Origin: Nemertoderma westbladi
Lineage: Eukaryota > Animalia > Xenacoelomorpha
Direction of reading: 5' to 3'
Length of the DNA: 64,000 bases
NCBI GenBank assembly: GCA_032718475.1
Contig: JAUCBJ010008602.1
Coordinates: forward strand, 35,976 to 99,975
This document shows positions 11,381 to 24,564 of the stretch, piece by piece. Position 1 is the first letter of the stretch. Each line of letters begins with the position of its first letter. A program made the position numbers and the translations under genes. Below the pieces are notes generated by a model, which saw only the letters and a program-made list of their open reading frames with translations, made no database searches and was not told where the DNA came from.

Positions 11381-13678
11381 CAGTTATCTAATTTTTGCAC
11401 AGGCTATCCAACAGTTACTCAATTTTGCACAGGCTATCCAACAGTTATCCAATTTTTGCACAGGCTATCCATCATTTACCCAATTTTTGCACAGGCTATC
11501 CAACATTTATTCAATTTTTGCACAGGATATCCAACAGTTATTCAATTTTTGAACAGGCTATCCAACAGTTATTCAATTTTTGCACAGGCTATCCAACATT
11601 TATTCAATTTTTGCACAGGCTATTCAACAGTTATTCAATTTTTGCACAAGGTATTCAACAGTTATTCAATTTTTGCACAGGCTATCCAACAGTTATCCAA
11701 TTTTTGCACAGGCTATCAAACATTTATTCAATTTTTGAACAGGCTATCCAACAATTATTCAATTTTTGCACAGGCTATCCAACATTTATTCAATTTTTGG
11801 ACAGGCTATCCAACAGTTATTCAATTTTTGCACAGGCTATCCAACAGTTATTCAATTTTAGCACAGGCTATCCAACAGTTATTCAATTTTTGCACAGGCA
11901 ATCCAACAGGTATTCAATTTTTGCACAGGCTATCCAACATTTATTCAATTTTTGCACATGCTATCCAACAGTCATTCAATTTTAGCAGAGGGTATCCAAC
12001 AGTTATTCAATTTTTGCACAGGCTATCCAACAGTTATTCAATTTTTGAACAGGTTATCCAACATTTATTCAATTTTTGCACAGGCTATCCAACATTAATT
12101 CAATTTTTGCACAGGCTATCCAACAGTTATTCAATTTTTGCACAGGCTATCCAACAGTTATTCAATTTTTGCACAGGCTATCAAACATTTATTAAATTTT
12201 TGGACAGGCTATCCAACAGTTATTCAATTTTTGCACAGGCTATCCAACAGTTATTCAATTTTAGCACAGGCTATCCAACAGTTATTCAATTTTTGCACAG
12301 GCAATCCAACAGGTATTCAATTTTTGCACAGGCTATCCAACATTTATTCAATTTTTGCACATGCTATCCAACAGTCATTCAATTTTAGCAGAGGGTATCC
12401 AACAGTTATTCAATTTTTGCACAGGCTATCCAACAGTTATTCAATTTTTGAACAGGTTATCCAACATTTATTCAATTTTTGCACAGGCTATCCAACATTA
12501 ATTCAATTTTTGCACAGGCTATCCAACAGTTATTCAATTTTTGCACAGGCTATCCAACAGTTATTCAATTTTTGCACAGGCTATCAAACAGTTATTCAAT
12601 TTTTGAACAGGTTATCCAACAGTTATCCAATTTGTGCACAGGCTATCCAACAGTTACTCAATTTTGCACAGGCTATCCAACAGTTATCCAATTTGTGCAC
12701 AGGCTATCCAACAGTTACTCAATTTTGCACAGGCTATCCAACAGTTATCCAATTTTTGCACAGGCTATCCATCATTTACCCAATTTTTGCACAGGCTATC
12801 CAACATTTATTCAATTTTTGCACAGGATATCCAACAGTTATTCAATTTTTGAACAGGCTATCCAACAGTTATTCAATTTTTGCATAGGCTATCCAACATT
12901 TATTCAATTTTTGCACAGGCTATTCAACAGTTATTCAATTTTTGCACAAGGTATTCAACAGTTATTCAATTTTTGCACAGGCTATCCAACAGTTATCCAA
13001 TTTTTGCACAGGCTATCAAACATTTATTCAATTTTTGAACAGGCTATCCAACAATTATTCAATTTTTGCACAGGCTATCCAACATTTATTCAATTTTTGG
13101 ACAGGCTATCCAACAGTTATTCAATTTTTGCACAGGCTATCCAACAGTTATTCAATTTTAGCACAGGCTATCCAACAGTTATTCAATTTTTGCACAGGCA
13201 ATCCAACAGGTATTCAATTTTTGCACAGGCTATCCAACATTTATTCAATTTTTGCACATGCTATCCAACAGTCATTCAATTTTAGCAGAGGGTATCCAAC
13301 AGTTATTCAATTTTTGCACAGGCTATCCAACAGTTATTCAATTTTTGAACAGGTTATCCAACATTTATTCAATTTTTGCACAGGCTATCCAACATTAATT
13401 CAATTTTTGCACAGGCTATCCAACAGTTATTCAATTTTTGCACAGGCTATCCAACAGTTATTCAATTTTTGCACAGGCTATCAAACAGTTATTCAATTTT
13501 TGAACAGGTTATCCAACATTTATTCAATTTTTGCACAGGCTATCCAACATTAATTCAATTTTTGCACAGGCTATCCAACAGTTATTCAATTTTTGCACAG
13601 GCTATCCAACAGTTATTCAATTTTTCCACAGGCTATCAAACAGTTATTCAATTTTTGCACAGGCTATCTAACAGTTAT
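11381..13678 (+). repeat. 31-bp minisatellite, about 74 units, with higher-order duplications
   Basis: Unit TTTTTGCACAGGCTATCCAACAGTTATTCAA. Variant landmarks recur at 1300-bp and 403-bp offsets. Confidence 0.97.
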
Positions 13679-14484
13679 CGGAAATGTACAGTATTTATTA
13701 AAAAGGCCAAAGATTGTTTCCCGGATGTCTGGGATACATTTTACATTATTATGGCAGGAAGTCTCAAATAAATTTACAGTTATACCGGTACCACGTAGGG
13801 GCCTACTGATATCAGGATATGCAGCCTTTGTTATACTGTAGAAAGGTTTTTCTGCGCTTTCAGCTACCGTAAATTTAAAATTATTATTACGTACCATGCG
13901 ATATTTCATTATACGACACTTCAAAACGTATTCCAGTAAATATCCAACTTCTTAATATAATTTTACTGTATAATCTTAATTAAGATAAGCACATTCAATA
14001 AGCACATACAGTAGGCCATATATTCAATACGATATTGTATTGTATTACACGGACACGGTGATACAGTATAATAAGTACCGTATTAGTACTACTTGTTCTT
14101 GCAAAATGATAAATTTCGCAACTACAGTATGCCTACTGTAAAATATAATTATAATACAATATTAACATTTAACAAGCCAATTATTTGCGTTTTTAACACT
14201 CAGGGAAGTGTGATTATGTTATGATTCGCCTACAGCATTCTGCAATAATGTGGTTTATATATAAAAATAACTCAAACATACGAGAGAGAGAAATTTATAC
14301 CTTTTAATATTTATTCGTAATGTTATCACACACATTACATTATAATCTATTTGACAAGGGCAGTTTGTTATTTAACATTAAATTAAAATTAAATATACAG
14401 TAGGAGCATTCAGCGTTCACGATATTGTAAATAATGTCAAAAAATATCGACATCTTCCGAAGCATTGCTCTCATTAAGGGCGAC

Positions 14485-14829
14485 TTATTTTACATACATC
14501 GGTGCTGGTCGAGCTTTATAAACGGGTATAGTAATTGTACCTTCGTTAGAAACGAAAAACGATATGTGTGAATCTTCCGAATATATGCAGGACGCATCTG
14601 AAGGCAAAGGTGAAACAGCTGGTGTATTGTAACCTCGAAACTTGTTTGGCGGCTCAATGGATGAAGGAACTCGAAATGTGACAATCGGTGATTTGGGCAC
14701 TTTGAAGCCTTTGCGTTTCATTAGGAACAACACAAATAATGAAACCACAACGACGACGAGACTTCCATAAAAGACACTGCTCACTATGATCAAGGCTATC
14801 CTAGATGCTGATGACCAACCAGATGCCAT
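14485..14829 (-). CDS. Putative small single-pass membrane protein (114 aa) or terminal exon of a receptor-like gene
   Basis: MASGWSSASR is followed by a long hydrophobic run (IALIIVSSVFYGSLVVVVVSLFVLFLM), a KRKGFK stop-transfer, and a Ser/Pro/Tyr-rich tail. The ORF is uninterrupted in non-repetitive DNA. Confidence 0.5.
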   Translation of the reverse strand: MASGWSSASRIALIIVSSVFYGSLVVVVVSLFVLFLMKRKGFKVPKSPIVTFRVPSSIEPPNKFRGYNTPAVSPLPSDASCIYSEDSHISFFVSNEGTITIPVYKARPAPMYVK

Positions 14830-16812
14830 TAATAATGAAATGTTGTCCAAACACGGCCGAGCACCTATCCAAAAACAGCCGAGCACGTAAATATTTTCTG
14901 AATTTGCAACTGAGTTTGCATAGGGTACAGTTCCTCTTGTATTGTATTTAATTGTAATTATAACAAAGTTTTAAGAACTTGGACACTACAGTATTATTGA
15001 AACACCATGTGTATTATGCTCTGTATAATTATTATTTGCGGATCTTTGTAATATATTTATCTTATTACATGTCAGACAATGTCAGTTTATTTGAGTCGGT
15101 TTTCCTATTGGTACATTACTGAATGCTCTCCAATGCTCTCCAGTTATGCGTAAAAGTAAGAAAAATGCCACACCTAAACTAATACAATGGCATCACTTAT
15201 TATTTAGTCAGTATTCACCGCACAAAGAGGTTTCTTTGTCGAATATAAGTGTAATGTAGCATGCAGGTAATGCCTTGGGTGTGTTTTTCAACTCATTTCT
15301 TGTAGGCCTATGTTCTCTATGTGAGGAAAGTCACTTTGAGATCCTCTACTGTACGGTAGGGGCTATCCTACGGCCTACAAATCTACTAATATGAAGCTAT
15401 AGAATATCTCTAACCGTAAAGTCCAGTAGTATACCGCTTACCAGATCCTAGTAACGATATATCTTACCGTAAGATCTAGTAATGAAACGGGCTCGTACAG
15501 TATCTGACAACAAATCCCAGTCCAGGGTATCTAAACAAACAGATACAATACACAAACGACTACTGGCGAGGAGCAGAGCCTGGTGTCTATTCTATGTAGG
15601 TGAGCGGGTCTAATGCCTACGAACTAGACAAAAGGAAACCTGTCCTCTAACCGGTATGGCAGATGTACAGTTACAGTAACAGACCAAACTCACGGGAAAA
15701 CAATCCCCGCGCAGCGAATCCTAACTAGCGCTGACAGTCCTAAATACCGTAACTTGCCGCGGTGTGATTTATATGGTTTATATACGAGCTAGTGGGTTAA
15801 CAGACCTAGCGTAACAATACTGATCCCCGTGCTAAATCAGTCTAAAAAGGGTCGTGCCTAATGTAACTATACCGCTGCTCTGACAAACAACAGTTTAATA
15901 ACGAAATAAATACTCCTTCTTGCCGTAACTAAATATCAGATCCTAAATTTACAAATACCAAAAGTAAGATATATATATATTGCCTAAAGTAATCTAAAGT
16001 GCGCTATCTAGTAGAACTCTAAGGGTAAATATGTTTTAGGGCGTGTGTGTGTGGGTGTGTTACAATAAAACAATTTTGGCGTATATCATTTTACTAGGTT
16101 TTAGTGATTTTCTGACCAAAACAATACCGTGCGCTAGCTACGAAAATAAGCTAGTCGCGTTTTGTAGAACTTTATACTTACAAATGACGTCAAAGCTCTC
16201 TCCTTCCTATCCACAACTCAACCGGGCAACCACGGTGTTAGTAACTACACCCGTGATCGGCACAAATACCAGATTCTGGTTGTAAGATAAGAAATAGGGG
16301 TTAATTGCTACCGTACGTTAGCTGATCTGGTATACAAATTTGATTCTAGAACTTTGTTGCCGCGGTAGTTAGCAGCAATACTTATCAGTACGTGGCAAGG
16401 CGCGGTAGGATATTAGTAAAACCTCCCTAGGCCAAGCGGTGTGCCGGTAGCAGAAATACTCCTTGCCTGATCAAATAACTAAGTTCAAACAAAGGGGGGG
16501 GGGGGGGGGGTACTAATGTATAGTCTACAAAGCGAACCGGTACCAAACGTTCAGTGGTGCGAATCGGACCTTAAGTTTCCGATTAATTCTCGGTGATTTC
16601 CAAATCCTGGAAAGCCTATTCAAGGCTGCCCATGCCTATCCTATCCAACCATATCCACAAAAACAATCAAACAATAAAACAATACGAAGTGAAGGTGTAA
16701 ATATGAAATAAATCAATCAAGTAATATGAAGGTGTAATTATGAAGTAGAATCAAATAAAGTATGTATGAAGTATGAAGGTGTAGTACTTCGATGCAAAAA
16801 TAAGTGATAGTG

Positions 16813-17062
16813 GGTATATCACATACCAAACTGAAGGGTACATTACATACCAAACTGATGGTGGGTACATCACGTACCAAACCGATGGTAGGTATATCAC
16901 ATACCAAATAGAAGGGTTCATCACGTACCAAAAAACCGATGATGAGTACATCAGTACCAAACTGATGGGTACATCATGTACCAAAACTGATGGTGGGTAC
17001 ACAATGTACCAAACTCGAAGGATATACTATGTATCAGCTACACGAAGGGTACATTACGTACC
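16813..17062. repeat. Array of 10 short hairpin repeats (GGTAC-N5-GTACC type)
   Basis: Units of 23-30 bp, each with a 5-bp stem and about a 5-nt loop. Confidence 0.85.
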
Positions 17063-17491
17063 AGACAATGAGATTAGGAAGGCGTTTAGGTCTGTACTAT
17101 TGCAGACCTGAAATCAATAGCAGATAGTCTGAGGGAAAGCCAGTAAGACATAAGCCATACACTACCTGTAATTAAATAATACAAGTAGGGCTGAATTATA
17201 ACAGAAGTTGAAGTAGAAAGGGGTATTAATACGATGGTGACGCAGGATAATTAATAATAATTAATTCATGACTAACAAATGGCAACTACAAAATAAAATT
17301 CTAGAACCATAATAAAAGTAATGGACAAAATTCAGAATTTACACAAAATTGCAATGTAGCGCAAATAATTCACTTAAAATTAATTAAAGGTAGGCTAAAT
17401 ACCAATTAATTAAAGTAATTAAACCACAGTGAAGGTGAACTGGCTATTCTGAAAATCTGATTGAAGTGAAATTAGTTGTCTCCTCATCTAA

Positions 17492-19570
17492 TTGAGCCTT
17501 AGTAATGCAGAGGCGGGACCGCTAATCGATTGGATTGCTAGGAAACCGGAGGAAGTTACGAGGAATATTTTTGAGCGACTACCTAAGATGGTTGAGGCGT
17601 GTGTGCTTCAGGACCATTATCGGGACATGCATGAACAGTGGATGGTGGGCACGTATGCGACTCCATCATTGGACAAGGCCATCAAAGTGCACTTCCATTA
17701 TGTCGTGAAAGGGAAGGAGAATGTCTTTGGGATTCTGTCTCAAGGAAAGGACCACCAGAAGAAGGAAAGGAAGAGGTTTGTGGACTCCATTGAAAGGGAG
17801 GGATACATGGTCCTGGATGACGATGGCACCAGTGAGGACAGGGAGGACTGGAAGAAGGGGCTACAAGGACACAGAAAGACCATTCTACTGTACATGGTGG
17901 CGCCGAATGGGGATATCTTCCTGTTCTATCTTGGCATGTACGAGAGGCTCGAGGGACCTAAACTAAAGCATTTGCTGAACTCCATGCAGTGACTAGTGAA
18001 GGATAAATCGACGATAAAGGTAGGATCAGCAATCCACAAGGATTATAGGAGAGGGGGCATCAAATCTCCTGGAAATGCAAATACTCTTTTAGGCTATGAT
18101 GAAACCTCAGGGATTGGGGTTGATAGATGCGTCTGGGTGGTGTGGTGCGGTGGTGCAGTAGCCATGGGGTAGATGTTGGGTCTAACACAAACCCATGGAA
18201 TGGAAGAAGTTTTGGGAGGAGTATGGAAGGGAGTTGCAGGAGACCTTGAAATGGAAGCAAGGCCAAGTTTCGAGGAGTTATACGATTTCCAAATGGCGAG
18301 CCTGAAGTTGTTCCAGAGGAGATACATTCTCTAGGACTGGATAATGATTGGGTTGCTCAACCTATTCATGACTGTAGTGATTGGAAGACAACCGAAGGCA
18401 TTCTTACTGAAGGGAACGGCGTTGAACCATAGGAGAGCCCTTAAGACCGTGGTGGAGGGTCTAGTAGACCACCAAGGGAGGAAGGGCAAGTTGGTGTTTT
18501 ACAACATCCGTCATCTTGTGAATCGAAGTATAGATACCCCGAAACAGAGATGGGTGAAAGAAGGGGCGCAGCGCCAGGAGGAGCTTGAGGAGGAAGGAGC
18601 AGTCAGGAGAGGGGACTGGAGAGGGGACTGGATGGCTAGGATGAACTCGGGAGACAATGGGTGGGGTGAGGACTATTAATTTAGTGAACATGATTAGGAT
18701 GAGCTCCAGTTGAACACAGACACCCCATGAGCTGGGTAGCTGGAGGCCGATGGAAGAGGTACCGAGACAGACGACGTCAGGAGGCTGGACTGGCATGCCA
18801 ATACTGGGGGGGGACGAGGGGGAGTATGGAGGAAAGTTCAGGAAGGTGGCAGCTGATGGGGGGGGGGGGGGGGTTCCAGGGACGAGTACGATGGTGTCGG
18901 AGGTGGAACCAACCTCGGAGGAGAGTATGGAAGTCAAGCAGCCAGAAGCTGTCCCACCGATGGAGAGAATAGGACGGGCGGACACAGACTGGAGGGGTGG
19001 AAGGGCTGTGGCAGCCCAAGGATTCCGGGAGGGGCCAAGCCGTCGAGTCTGGATGCAGGAGGTCGAGCCGGAGTACGACTTCTCGGCGAGCGCTCTCACA
19101 CAGGGGAAAGAGACGGGAACGACACTGCGGGTGATATCCAGAGAAGCAATCCTGCAACTATCCTCCAAACTCGACCTGGGACGAGACAAAATGGTAGAGA
19201 TGTTCACCTACCATTAGTTGCACGGCCGAAGCAACGACCTGCTGGACCATTTCGGCAGACAAACTAAGATTGATGGTTGCGATTATTGTGAGCAGCACAC
19301 CCACCAGTGAAAGATGTGCCTGTACAAGTTTATGGTGGAGATCAAGTGCACCTATTGCGGTGATGACAACCAATTGCACCATAAATGTGTCAAGGGCACT
19401 ACGAGTCCCGATGCGACAGGATGGAAGACCAAGAGAAGTTGCTGTGTTTCGAAAACACGGCAAACGGAGGGGCGATGACGTCCATGACGGTGAAAGCCCA
19501 AGAATTCAGGTGGGGCTTTTTTAACCTCAACATGGAGGTCCATCAAGAGATTAAGGAGGAGGAGCAGGCC
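17492..19570 (+). pseudogene. Decayed ORF: DEDDy (WRN/RNase D-like) 3'-5' exonuclease followed by CCHC zinc knuckles, probably TE-borne
   Basis: Reading through stops gives GYMVLDDDG, LLYMVAPNGDIFLFYL, LVKDKSTIKVGSAIHKD and LKLFQRRYIL*D (Y-x3-D). Later come CDYCEQHTHQ*KMC, KCTYCGDD and GHYESRC. Confidence 0.6.
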
Positions 19571-19639
19571 ATAAGGAGTTTGCTCCAGGAACAATGTATT
19601 TGTGTCGGGTTACAAGTGCGCACTGCGCAGATACAATAC

Positions 19640-19980
19640 AGAGATAATACAGGATCTATCTCAGTAAGCAACTGATGCACCTTATTCATTGGAACCTTAA
19701 TTCCTCTAGATTTCAAGATACTGTAAACTAGTTTACAACCAGCATGGCAGAATTGACGGTGTATATCTTGTATAATTGTTTTCAACTCTGAGTCTGTAAT
19801 ATCGGAATTTTCAGTATACACTTGTATTTGAAATTACGTTACTCTTCTAGTTAGAGTGGATCTCCTAATACCCAAAATATCAGAAATAGCAACCCAAGAA
19901 AATCAATCCCATTTCACGTAGATTTTCCAATATTTCTTTGTGTATAATGTGATTTGGCCGGCCAACAGTTTCAACTCCGT
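19640..19980 (-). mobile_element. IS3EU-like DDE transposase N-terminal (HTH) fragment
   Basis: GRPNHIIHKEILENLREMG-FSWVAISDILGIRRSTLTRR...ITDSELKTIIQDIHRQFCHAGCKLVYSILKSRGIKV...EIDP, with a frameshift and a stop, truncated before the catalytic core. Confidence 0.7.
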
Positions 19981-22439
19981 TATTACAGTAGTAGATACCA
20001 GTCCATTATGTGTATGCGTAAACCTTCGCGATATTTTGTGTTATATAACCTTTTTTAAAAAGTAATAAAATCGATAACTAACAAGTATTGTTTATAACGT
20101 TCTAGAACAAAATATATTTGTTCTAGAGAAAAAAAATTATTTTTAAATAAAATAGCTATCCATAGTAATATGTTCTAGAATATTCTCAAAAGGATAACAA
20201 AACCTATACAAAAACAATTAATTTTTGTTATGTTCTGTAACTGAATGTATTAGTTCTAGAACAAAATGTATTTGTAAAAATAATAAGCAGTAGTAAGGAA
20301 AGTTTGAAAAGTAGATAATTATATTATATTTATATTTAACGTCAAGCTACTAATACAGTAGTAAATAGGTTTTTATTTACTTGTTGTACATATCTACCGG
20401 TACGGTTTTTTACTATTAGTACAGTCAGTACTAAAACTTATCAGTACTACTTTACTATCTTTTACTTTACTATCTTTACTAACTTTACTATCAGTACTAA
20501 AAAAACTTAATTTAGTAATTATTTTATTATGAATTTAATTATTCATTAATGTATTATTACAATTTAATCCATTAAATGGTAGCTAAACATTTTTAAAAAG
20601 TAAGAACATCTATAATTAAATACCTATTTCTTTTACAAAAAAGAAAGTACTATTTTTTTGTAAAAGAAAGACGTATATACGTAATTGTCAATTTTTCGCT
20701 CGAATATACCCCAAATTAGGGAGAAATAGATTCCCTTTTTTTCCCTAGGGAAAAAAAGAAATCAATTGGAATGCATTGATTTTACTTTTTTTCCCGGCGA
20801 AAAAGTGAAATAAAATATTTTTGGCGGAATTTTTTAAATTTTATTACGTGTGGTGAAAGAGCATCGACGTAGAAAAGGTTCGCACGTAATTTGAGTAAAA
20901 TCCATTGAAACACTAAAAAGTTATTGCAACTTTAGTGCCTGCGTACACCAAAACGGAACTCAATATCCAATATTGGTTTATGTAGTTTAAGCTGCTCTCT
21001 ATAGTAGATACTTAATAAATATTCGAGAACACAGAAATTATTTTAACATCGAGAGTTTAAATAACTTAATTAAAATAAAATAATATGAATCGCAGTAACT
21101 ATGGAAGCAATATAGTAAAATACTACAGTTAAATTTATTTTATAACACAACTGTACTGTAATAAAACATATCGATATACTTCGCTATGTTTTTTTAGAGA
21201 ATTTAGCAACAAAAAAGTACCAATTTAAGAAAAAAATCACGTATTACATGGGGAAAAAAACGTAGAACATTTTTTTCCAATATTCTCTCGACCCTTTATT
21301 AACCTAGCTGTCGCTCGGTAACTAAAATGCCTCGAGAATAATGAAGAAAAAGTTCTACTTTTTTCCCATGTATTAAATAATTATTCTTACTTTTTAAAAA
21401 TGATCCAGAACATTCGCGAAGATCGCAACATTTACGAAGCTCCACCCTATACTATTGGTAAACACAAAATTTCGCGAAAATCGCAACGTTTGTGAAGCTC
21501 CACTTATAGTTTTGGTAAACAGAAAATTTAACTTCACAAACATCGCGATCTTCGCGAAATACGTTTACGAATACTATAGGTGGACAATCTTAGAAAAGTT
21601 CACGACGTTTGCGAAATTTCGCGATCTTCGCCGAAGAAATGTTAAAAATCGTTTCCCTAATGCAGATTTCGTTATAGAATCACTTAATTTTAACTTCTGT
21701 CTCATAAATGAGCCTCGTGCTGCGCGAAGGCCCGACAAACGTGTACAGTCGTTTATAGTAATATATAATTTATCACATGCTGTTGAGCAGATCAGTTGAT
21801 GAGCGCCCGATAACAAATCTGAGGATGGAGGACCTGCTTGTAAATTTGAGTTCCCAGTTAAGAATCTGAGCATCCGGTTACGAAATCAAGTTCATTGACA
21901 GTTGGAAGTTTGACAGTTTGAATGTCTCCATCTTGCTAAAATTTGTTCTATTCATAGCTATTATTAGTTGAATGTGGGGCGAGACACGTATGGCGAGCCA
22001 TCAGCGAACTGATATAATTATACTATGGCCGTTTTTCAAAAGTCTGTGTGTGTGTGTGTGTGTCAGAAGCCATAAATGTCGGAAGCCATAATCGAAGTTT
22101 ATATCTTCAGCTAAATTGTATGGTTGAGTCATTTTGAACGGTCTCTCCATGGAAATTAATTGTTTAGCACCATACGATTAAAGTTATTTTGCACAGAAAT
22201 TAGATATCTGGAATCCATGTACCCCATTCCATTATAGTTTTTTATTTTTTCAAGTGATTTGCGTTAATAAATGTATTTTTAATTGATTTAAACATAATTA
22301 ACATTGTAAATTCATACGCTGATTCCATTCTCCCCCATAGAGCCTAAGGTATGGCAAGGGCAGCTGTGCCCAATAATATTTCTTGAAGTTTTACATTAGT
22401 AACATTGCAAGCTAAAGTCTTTGACCGAGAGAAACCCAC

Positions 22440-23610
22440 CCCAATATTAGATTATTACAACAACATATCCATTGAGTAAGAAAGTGGAGGAGAGCCAGAG
22501 CCCGTCTCTTAATTTTTTACTTTATATTACGCGATCAATTTTCACTCATCTCGTCATGAACCCAACATGTATGTAACCTTTTGTTAAATTTGGTGGCTAT
22601 GCGTGTTGTTTGGGCGGGGTGTGGTAGGCCTACACTTTTCACACTTAAATATTTTGGTTGTGAAATGTTACAGGGCACAGCGATCAGAGATATTTCATTA
22701 TATTTTATTATGAGAGGAAGAAGAACATACAACGTTATTTACTATGTAACAAAATAATTGTTTTCGGGTTTAACTTGGAAGCCTCCCCAATATATTTGAT
22801 ATACAATTATATTTAAAATTATTTCCATGGTCATGGTCATTCACCCGTTTGGAGTTTGGATTCACTGCATAAATGCAGTTCACCAAACTTCCCCCGAATG
22901 CACACTGTAACTTCCCCCTTCCCCCAAATATCCACTGTTGAATTAATTTGAAGCGATATAATAAGTACAAAATTGTGCGAGTTTTTAATTGTGTGGTCCA
23001 ATTGTTATTTGATTTCTATTTATTATTTAAAGTGCATTTAATATCACACTGGTTTTTAGAATATTATACTATACAACCTTATGTTTTATTTATTAACCCA
23101 ATCGAAGCCTCATAAGGGCCGCTTATTTGTACGCATATCCCCTAATGCGCTCAGTATGGTCCAAACAATATATTGATATGAAAATAAAGTATCTGCAAAG
23201 AAAAGAACCCAATACTATATAATTTGACCTTATTAAAAAATTTGCACTTTTGCACACTTATTTGTACAAGTGCACTTTATCAGATCGTAAGGGTGGTTCT
23301 TATTTAACAAACTTATGTTTATCCTCTACCGATCTACGATGGTGTATGATTAAGTGTCAGTCGCTAAAAGTGTCAAAAATCCAATTTAATAAATCTCGAC
23401 ATTTGCGATTTCGGACCATATTCAAGGACATTTTAAGTCACTTTATAGACATAAAAGGTTAAACAAATGTTACGATTATAGTTAGAAATCACTCCAAACT
23501 ACATTTTAATCCAAACAATTACATTCTACGATGAATAGAACTGGAAATAATAGTGTTTGAAATATATAAAAAATGCGCACTTTTTAAGTGCGCTTTGCAC
23601 TAAGTGCACA
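22440..23610 (+). repeat. Interspersed non-coding repeat, copy A (probable non-autonomous DNA element)
   Basis: Highly similar to about 56708-59312, which carries extra insertions. Confidence 0.85.
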
Positions 23611-24564
23611 ATACCTTCCGAAGGTAATTAGTGTGTAGGCAGTATATTTGTGTTGTAAAGTGGTTAATAGGCACGTTAGCTCTGGTTGGCTGCGGTAATT
23701 AACTTCTAGGTAGGAACACTCCGGGTACATAACGTAGTACTTATGTTATAGAGCTGTACAGCTAAAGACTATAAGTCGTCAGACGGTGGTATTTTCTTAT
23801 CTGGACAACGCAATTTATTTACTACAGCTTAATTATTTTCAAATACCGTAGTTTCCTGTCCGTTTGTAATAACCAGAAATTCTAACCCCTTGTTAGGCTG
23901 GTTTGTAGATTTCCTGTAAAATTACCCTAAAATTTGTACGTGTAATTTTTGTGTTTATTTAGAGATTGTAATCTCACCCAGTAATTGTACGTAATTTGTA
24001 GCAATAAGTAACTTAGTCAAGTAGAATTATTTGTTTTAGTGTCCAACAAGTAGCACTTCACTGAGAGCGTAAAGCTTCTGTGTAGTGACTCCTTACCAGA
24101 AATAATAACATTTATTTCACATATTGTCAAAAAACCCATTATAAGGGTATATATATATTATAAATCAACTCAAACCGATTTATAAAATAGTAGGCCTGTT
24201 ATCCATCAATTAAGTCTTAATATCATTTGGACTACTGCTTAATATCTGTAATAAAGTAAAGAAAAGTAACCCTAAAATTCAGAAATTCAGTTATTATAAA
24301 ATAATTGACATACCGGTATTTACGATAGGCTTATTATATTTATTTCTATAAATTTAGGCTGAAATTATATACCGGTATTCTGTAATTAATTCTAGTCTGT
24401 AATAATTCTTATATATACTATAAGTGTATACTGGTATTCTAACATATTATATATATCACGTTACATTGAGTAACAGTTAATTACTAGGCTTTCAGTGGAT
24501 ACTGAATTACTAGACTTGCTTTAACTGTCGTTATAGTAGTAGGCATTCAACTGTACAATCAAAC

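Noticed and set aside
11330-13841. Long ORFs (up to 352 aa) in the 31-bp array, and its resemblance to CRISPR repeats or DnaA boxes
   Set aside because: The ORFs are translations of a tandem repeat. There are no unique spacers or cas genes, and the context is eukaryotic.
16920-16970. Hammerhead ribozyme in the hairpin array (TGATGAG motif)
   Set aside because: No CUGANGA...GAAA core with matching stems.
18461-19594. Minus-strand ORFs of 80-248 aa opposite the exonuclease/knuckle region
   Set aside because: These are shadow frames of GC-rich plus-strand coding remnants with no recognisable motifs.
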